64,000 nt of DNA from an uncultured Alphaproteobacteria bacterium (GTDB lineage: Bacteria > Pseudomonadota > Alphaproteobacteria > UBA11222): positions 1,201 through 65,200 of the forward strand of contig CAMTWQ010000015.1 in NCBI GenBank assembly GCA_947085465.1, read 5' to 3'. Below are positions 59,319-64,000 of the stretch, piece by piece; position 1 is the stretch's first letter, and each line of letters begins with the position of its first letter. A program made the translations under genes and the position numbers. The notes below the pieces were generated by a model, which saw only the letters and a list, made by a program, of their open reading frames with translations, did not search any database and was not told the origin of the DNA.

Positions 59319-60095
59319 TTAGCTTGCCTTGGCGTTTATTGCGGCGCGCCCGCGCGGCCCATGAAAATATTCCCGGACCCAGGGATGTTCATAAGCCAGC
59401 ATCTGCGCCATATCGCCCGCCACAATAACACGTTTTTCCGCTAATACCGCAATGCGCGTGCAAATCGCATGCAGGCTGTCAAGATCATGGGTGACCATGA
59501 AGACGGTCAGGCCCAGGGTGCGTTGCAGCTCACGGATCAAATTATCGAACGCCGCCGCGCCAATTGGATCAAGGCCCGCCGTTGGCTCATCCAGGAACAG
59601 GATCTCGGGATCGAGCGCCAGGGCGCGCGCCAGGCCTGCGCGTTTGCGCATGCCGCCTGATAGCTCGGATGGATATTTCGCCCCCGCGTCCGGTGGCAGG
59701 CCCGCCATGCCAATTTTCATGGCGGCAATCTCACCCATCAGCGCAGGCGATAAATCAAGCTGCTCACGCATGGGGACTTCGATATTTTGCGCAACGGTGA
59801 GCGATGAAAACAATGCGCCATCCTGAAATAGCACGCCCCAGCGGCGCTCCAGCATTTCGCGCGCATCCGCGGGCAGCGCGGCCACATCCTCGCCAAACAC
59901 CCGGATCGCGCCAGCAGTTGGACGGTTCAGTCCAATGATCGTGCGCAGCAAAACCGACTTGCCCGTGCCGGAGCCGCCGACAATGCCCAGCACCTCGCCC
60001 GCATTCACATCGAGATCAAGGCCGTCATGAATGATGACGGGGCCAAATTGCGTGCGCAATCCGCGAATGGAGATGACCGGCGATTGCCCGCTCAA
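59319..60095 (-). CDS. ABC transporter ATP-binding protein (MlaF-like)
   Basis: It has Walker A GGSGTGKS, the signature LSGGMRKR, and Walker B ILFLDEP. Confidence 0.85.
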   Translation of the reverse strand: MSGQSPVISIRGLRTQFGPVIIHDGLDLDVNAGEVLGIVGGSGTGKSVLLRTIIGLNRPTAGAIRVFGEDVAALPADAREMLERRWGVLFQDGALFSSLTVAQNIEVPMREQLDLSPALMGEIAAMKIGMAGLPPDAGAKYPSELSGGMRKRAGLARALALDPEILFLDEPTAGLDPIGAAAFDNLIRELQRTLGLTVFMVTHDLDSLHAICTRIAVLAEKRVIVAGDMAQMLAYEHPWVREYFHGPRGRAAINAKAS

Positions 60096-61258
60096 TAACC
60101 GATCTCCGCAAAATAGATGGAGAAGATCGCGTCAACCACAATCACCAGAAAGATCGATTCAACCACCGATTTGGTGGTGAGGCGGCCGACGGATTCTGCG
60201 CTGCCTTCGACCTTCAATCCCTCAAAGCAGCCAATCAGCCCAATCATCAGGGCAAAGAATGGCGCCTTGATCAGGCCAGCCCAAAAATGGCTGAGCGGCA
60301 CCCATTCCGCTACACGCTCAATGAACGCGCCGGGCATGATGTCGAGCACCGCCCAACACATCATCAGGCCGCCCAGAAGCCCCATCATATCGGCGATAAA
60401 GCCAAGCATCGGCAGCACAAGCATCAGCGCCAGCACCCGCGGCAACACCAGCATCTCCATCGGATCAAGCGCCAGGGTGCGCATCGCATCCACTTCCTCG
60501 TGCAATTTCATAGAGCCGATCTGCGCCGTGAACGCACTGCCCGAGCGGCCAGCCACAATGATCGCCGTCAGCAGAATCCCGATCTCACGCAGCACTGAAA
60601 TCGACACCAGCTCGACCGTGAAAATCTCCGCGCCGAACTGGCGCAATTGTGTCGCGCCCTGATAGGCGAGCACCACGCCGATCAAAAATGAAATCAGCGC
60701 AACAATCGGCACCGCATTAAAGCCAACCTGCTCCATATGATAGATGAGCGGCGTCACGCGCAACCGGGACGGGTTTCGTAGCGCACGAAATAGCGCCGCC
60801 ATAAGCAGCCCGAAAAAACCCAGCAGATCGCGCAGTTCTATCGCCGCCCCTGCAACAGCGGCCCCCATTTCGGCCAGCACGATACGATAGAGACTGTCCT
60901 TTGGCGGCTCAATATCGCGCGGCTGATCGTTTGCCTCAATGCGGGCGAGCAGGGCTGCATGGCCTGGTGCAACATTGCGGTATTCCGCCGCCAGGCCTTG
61001 TGCGCGCAGCGATTTTCTGGTGCGGTACAGCAGCCATGCGCCGGCGGTGTCTAGCCGTTCAATGCCGGCAAGATCAAGCGCCACCGGCCCCGCATCGCCC
61101 GCGCGCGGCAAGGCGCGAAGCGCCGCGTCAACCGCCGCAAGAAAGGCAATCGTCCAGCTGCCGCGCAGCGCAATCACTATGCCCTGCGGTTCTTGGGACA
61201 GATCAAGCGCCGCCATATCTGTTGTCTTGCTGGAAATCATCGCTTTTCGCTCAGCCAA
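60092..61258 (-). CDS. MlaE-family ABC permease with an N-terminal STAS-like domain
   Basis: The N-terminal roughly 110 aa (VIALRGSWT...LDLAGIERLDTAGAWLL) are followed by an MlaE-type permease core. The start codon is uncertain. Confidence 0.7.
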   Translation of the reverse strand: MAERKAMISSKTTDMAALDLSQEPQGIVIALRGSWTIAFLAAVDAALRALPRAGDAGPVALDLAGIERLDTAGAWLLYRTRKSLRAQGLAAEYRNVAPGHAALLARIEANDQPRDIEPPKDSLYRIVLAEMGAAVAGAAIELRDLLGFFGLLMAALFRALRNPSRLRVTPLIYHMEQVGFNAVPIVALISFLIGVVLAYQGATQLRQFGAEIFTVELVSISVLREIGILLTAIIVAGRSGSAFTAQIGSMKLHEEVDAMRTLALDPMEMLVLPRVLALMLVLPMLGFIADMMGLLGGLMMCWAVLDIMPGAFIERVAEWVPLSHFWAGLIKAPFFALMIGLIGCFEGLKVEGSAESVGRLTTKSVVESIFLVIVVDAIFSIYFAEIGY

Positions 61259-62279
61259 GGCCTGGTTTGAGCATCACCTTGCATTGCTGTGAGGGCGTGC
61301 GCAACGCCTCGAAGGCTTGCGGAAAATCCGCAAAGCCAACCGTATCTGTAATCATCGCCTGGGCGTCGATGCGGTCCGCCGCCATCCATCCCGCGATCAG
61401 GTCGAAATCCCGCTTGCGGTACGCCAGAACGAATTGCAACGTTAGCTCTTTCATGATCCCCGCCAACGGCAGAAATGTGTCGGGCTTGGAGCAGACGCCC
61501 GCAACGACGATCTTGCCGCCGCGCGGCGCCATTTTCATGCAGTCCGCAATCATGCCCGGCACGCCGACGCATTCAAAAATCACGTCGGGAACCGCGCCGG
61601 TTTTTTTGCGGAATTGCCCGATGACGTCTTCACCGGCGCGCACCGCATCGGTTGCACCCATGCGCGCCGCCATGGCGATGCGGCCATCGCTGCGTTCACT
61701 GACGATAATATGCCGGGCGCCGGTAAAGCGCGAAAACAGCGTCACCGCCAACCCAACAGGACCAGCGCCGAGGATCAGCACATTGGCGCCAGGGCGCAGC
61801 CCGGCCATCTCAACTGCGTGATAGCCAACCGCCAGCGGTTCAATCAACGCCCCTTCCTGCAAGTTGACGCTTGCCGGCAACAACACCGCATCGCGCGCGC
61901 CAACCTTGACATATTCTGCGTAGGCGCCGGAACTTTGCCCAAGTCCGATGCTGACCATTTTAGCGCAATGATGACCGTCGCCGCGCACACAGGCCGCGCA
62001 CGCGCCGCAGGAAATAAGCGGCATCGCGGTGACCTTTTGTCCAACTTTCCATTCGCTGCCCGCATTGCGGCCAATGGCTTCGATCTCGCCGGAAAATTCA
62101 TGGCCCATGATGCTGCCCGCAGGCAGGGTCATCAGCCCCGCCTCGGTCGAATGCAGATCCGAGCCGCAAATACCGCAATAGGATACTTTCAGGATCAAAT
62201 CATCATCGCCGGGCGCCGGGTCCGGCGCGTCTCCAATGGTGAGCGGTTTGCCAATCTCGTTGAATATCGCAGCGCGCAT
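61251..62279 (-). CDS. zinc-dependent alcohol dehydrogenase (MDR family)
   Basis: It has GICGSDLH, GHEFSGE and GAGPVGL motifs. Confidence 0.85.
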   Translation of the reverse strand: MRAAIFNEIGKPLTIGDAPDPAPGDDDLILKVSYCGICGSDLHSTEAGLMTLPAGSIMGHEFSGEIEAIGRNAGSEWKVGQKVTAMPLISCGACAACVRGDGHHCAKMVSIGLGQSSGAYAEYVKVGARDAVLLPASVNLQEGALIEPLAVGYHAVEMAGLRPGANVLILGAGPVGLAVTLFSRFTGARHIIVSERSDGRIAMAARMGATDAVRAGEDVIGQFRKKTGAVPDVIFECVGVPGMIADCMKMAPRGGKIVVAGVCSKPDTFLPLAGIMKELTLQFVLAYRKRDFDLIAGWMAADRIDAQAMITDTVGFADFPQAFEALRTPSQQCKVMLKPGLG

Positions 62280-62288
62280 GAGGGCTCC

Positions 62289-63083
62289 TTATTTTCCGGC
62301 TGATTTCACCGCCTGAAACACATAGCGGTTGATGGAGAAGAAAAATTCGCCGCTGGCGCCAAGGGCGCGCAGATCATTCGCCCAGCCATCAGCTTGTTCT
62401 TTGGTGATCCCCTGCCGCCCGGCGACAAAACCGCGAATGCCATCCAGAATGCCGGCAGCGAAGGTGTTGGGATGATATTCGGGATTGAATATGGGAATGA
62501 TCGAGCGCCGGGTGATTTGAAATCCCGCCGCGCGCAGCTTTGGCGACAGCGATGCGGGCAGATGCGCATCGGCCAGATGCTCGTCCCACACTTCCAATAT
62601 CCGCGCCTGTCGGGCGCGGTCCCTGGTGTACAGCACCAGGCTGTCCCAATCCGTATCGAGGATGAGGATACGCCCGCCCGGCTTCATTACCCGGTGCAGC
62701 TCCTTGAGCGCCAGCGCCATGTCGGCCACATATTCATATACCTGGGTGGAGACGGCGGCGTCGAATGTGGCGTCTGGAAATGGCAGTTTGGTTGCCTCCG
62801 CCTGCTGAAACGCGACCTGCGCCAGGCCCTCGCAGCGGCGTTTGGCGACATCGATCATAGGCTGGCTCATATCCAGGCCCACGACCTTGCCGCCTGCCCC
62901 AACTGATAGCGCCATATCGCGCAGCAGCAGGCCAGGCCCCGACCCCACATCCAGTACCGCCTCGCCCGGCCGCAGCTCCAGCCGCGCCAGCACTTCCGAG
63001 CGCTGTCCGGTAACATCTGGATTTTGGTACATGACCTCGATGGCGCGCGCCTGACGCTCGCCAAACTCTATCATTCCGCTCAT
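62289..63083 (-). CDS. class I SAM-dependent methyltransferase
   Basis: The start is MSGMIEFGE (ATG 63083, ggggagag upstream). Motif I is VLDVGSGPG. Confidence 0.75.
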   Translation of the reverse strand: MSGMIEFGERQARAIEVMYQNPDVTGQRSEVLARLELRPGEAVLDVGSGPGLLLRDMALSVGAGGKVVGLDMSQPMIDVAKRRCEGLAQVAFQQAEATKLPFPDATFDAAVSTQVYEYVADMALALKELHRVMKPGGRILILDTDWDSLVLYTRDRARQARILEVWDEHLADAHLPASLSPKLRAAGFQITRRSIIPIFNPEYHPNTFAAGILDGIRGFVAGRQGITKEQADGWANDLRALGASGEFFFSINRYVFQAVKSAGK

Positions 63084-63174
63084 TTTTCTCTCCCCTGCCA
63101 TGCGCTGCTTTACTATAGTATTATCGCAGCAAATATGATCGGATTATCCAAAATAAAATATAGGAGGATGATTA

Positions 63175-64000
63175 ATGGGCGAAGCAACCCCGGTTCTTAA
63201 CGGGATCAAGGTTCTGGATTTCGGCAGTTTTGTGGCAGGCCCAGCGGCAGCTACCGTGATGGCGGATTTTGGCGCCGATGTGATCAAGCTGGAAGTGCCG
63301 GGGCTGGGTGATATATTCCGCTATCTGCAAATGGTGGCGCAGATGCCCGATTGCGATCTGAACTATTGCTGGCTGCTGGATGGGCGCAGCAAGCGCAGTC
63401 TGGCGATGGATATAAAAAAGCCTGGCGCGCGCGAACCGTTCGAGCGGCTGGTCAAGCAAACCGATGTGTTTCTCACCAACCTGCCGCCGGAGGTGCAGGA
63501 GCGCCTGCAAATCCGCTATCAGGATCTGGCGCCGCTGAACCCGCGCCTGGTCTACGCCTCGCTGACCGGCTATGGCGAACTAGGCGAAGAGGCGAGCAAG
63601 CCCGGCTATGACGCGACCGCCTGGTGGGCGCGCTCCGGGATGATGGAGCATACCCGCGCGCAGGGCGCGCCGCGCGCCATTATGCCGCCGGCCACCGGCG
63701 ATCACTCCACCTCTATGTCGATGCTGTCGGCGATCATGATGGGCCTGTATCAGCGTGAACGCACCGGCAAGGGGTGCAAAGTGCATACGTCCTTGCTGGC
63801 GGCGGGCGTGTGGGCGAACGCCATCGCGGTGCAGGCGGAACTGCTCGGCGCAAAGGTGTATGACGCGGCCAATTCCAAACTGAATTACCAGGAGCTGGTC
63901 AATCATTTCGAATGCCGCGATGGGCGCGCCTTTATCATCGCCGTGATGGCGAATGACCGGACCTGGCCAACCTTCGCCAACTGTATCGGGCGGCCCGAAC
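63175..64000 (+). CDS. CaiB/BaiF family III CoA-transferase; the 3' end runs off the window
   Basis: My own translation from ATG 63175 (aggagga 6 nt upstream) gives MGEATPVLNGIKVLDFGSFVAGPAAATVMADFGADVIKLE...GYDATAWWARSG. It is absent from the ORF track because there is no stop codon in the window. Confidence 0.8.
   Translation, partial: MGEATPVLNGIKVLDFGSFVAGPAAATVMADFGADVIKLEVPGLGDIFRYLQMVAQMPDCDLNYCWLLDGRSKRSLAMDIKKPGAREPFERLVKQTDVFLTNLPPEVQERLQIRYQDLAPLNPRLVYASLTGYGELGEEASKPGYDATAWWARSGMMEHTRAQGAPRAIMPPATGDHSTSMSMLSAIMMGLYQRERTGKGCKVHTSLLAAGVWANAIAVQAELLGAKVYDAANSKLNYQELVNHFECRDGRAFIIAVMANDRTWPTFANCIGRPE

Overview
The window reads as a GC-rich chromosomal segment of an alphaproteobacterium. 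I judged this by eye from conserved neighbourhoods: trpF-trpB-trpA-accD-folC, TPR lipoprotein-ispE, ybjN-proC, ubiK/lgt/NDUFAF7-like/pgeF, and prs-rplY-pth-ychF. I call about 65 protein genes, mostly housekeeping and lipid/CoA metabolism. They include two genes that run off the window ends (arsC at the start, a CaiB-type CoA-transferase at the end) and one 49-aa gene that falls below the ORF-track cutoff. I found no rRNA, tRNA, CRISPR array, integrase or transposase. The non-housekeeping content is as follows. (1) A modular family of TA/CTAG-flanked hairpin repeats occurs at five or more loci. One composite copy sits in-frame inside the signal-peptide coding region of a DUF4399 gene, and a second copy supplies the 3' end and stop codon of the neighbouring gene. 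(2) A cobalamin riboswitch is followed by btuB and a small six-TM BtuM-like gene. (3) A SxtJ-like / 49-aa SxtK-like (DUF5989) / carbamoyltransferase triad lies next to an AT-rich divergent promoter that drives a REC-pseudoREC regulator and a multi-PAS histidine kinase. (4) An orphan 610-aa membrane protein has a MotA/ExbB-like TM hairpin and a roughly 390-aa helical tail. (5) Two PIN-toxin TA cassettes each have a clear palindromic operator. (6) A methyltransferase is split between two reading frames at a (CG)6 tract. (7) A small secreted Gly/Ala/Thr low-complexity protein carries a (GCG)8 repeat. All family names come from motif recognition by eye; no database search was run.
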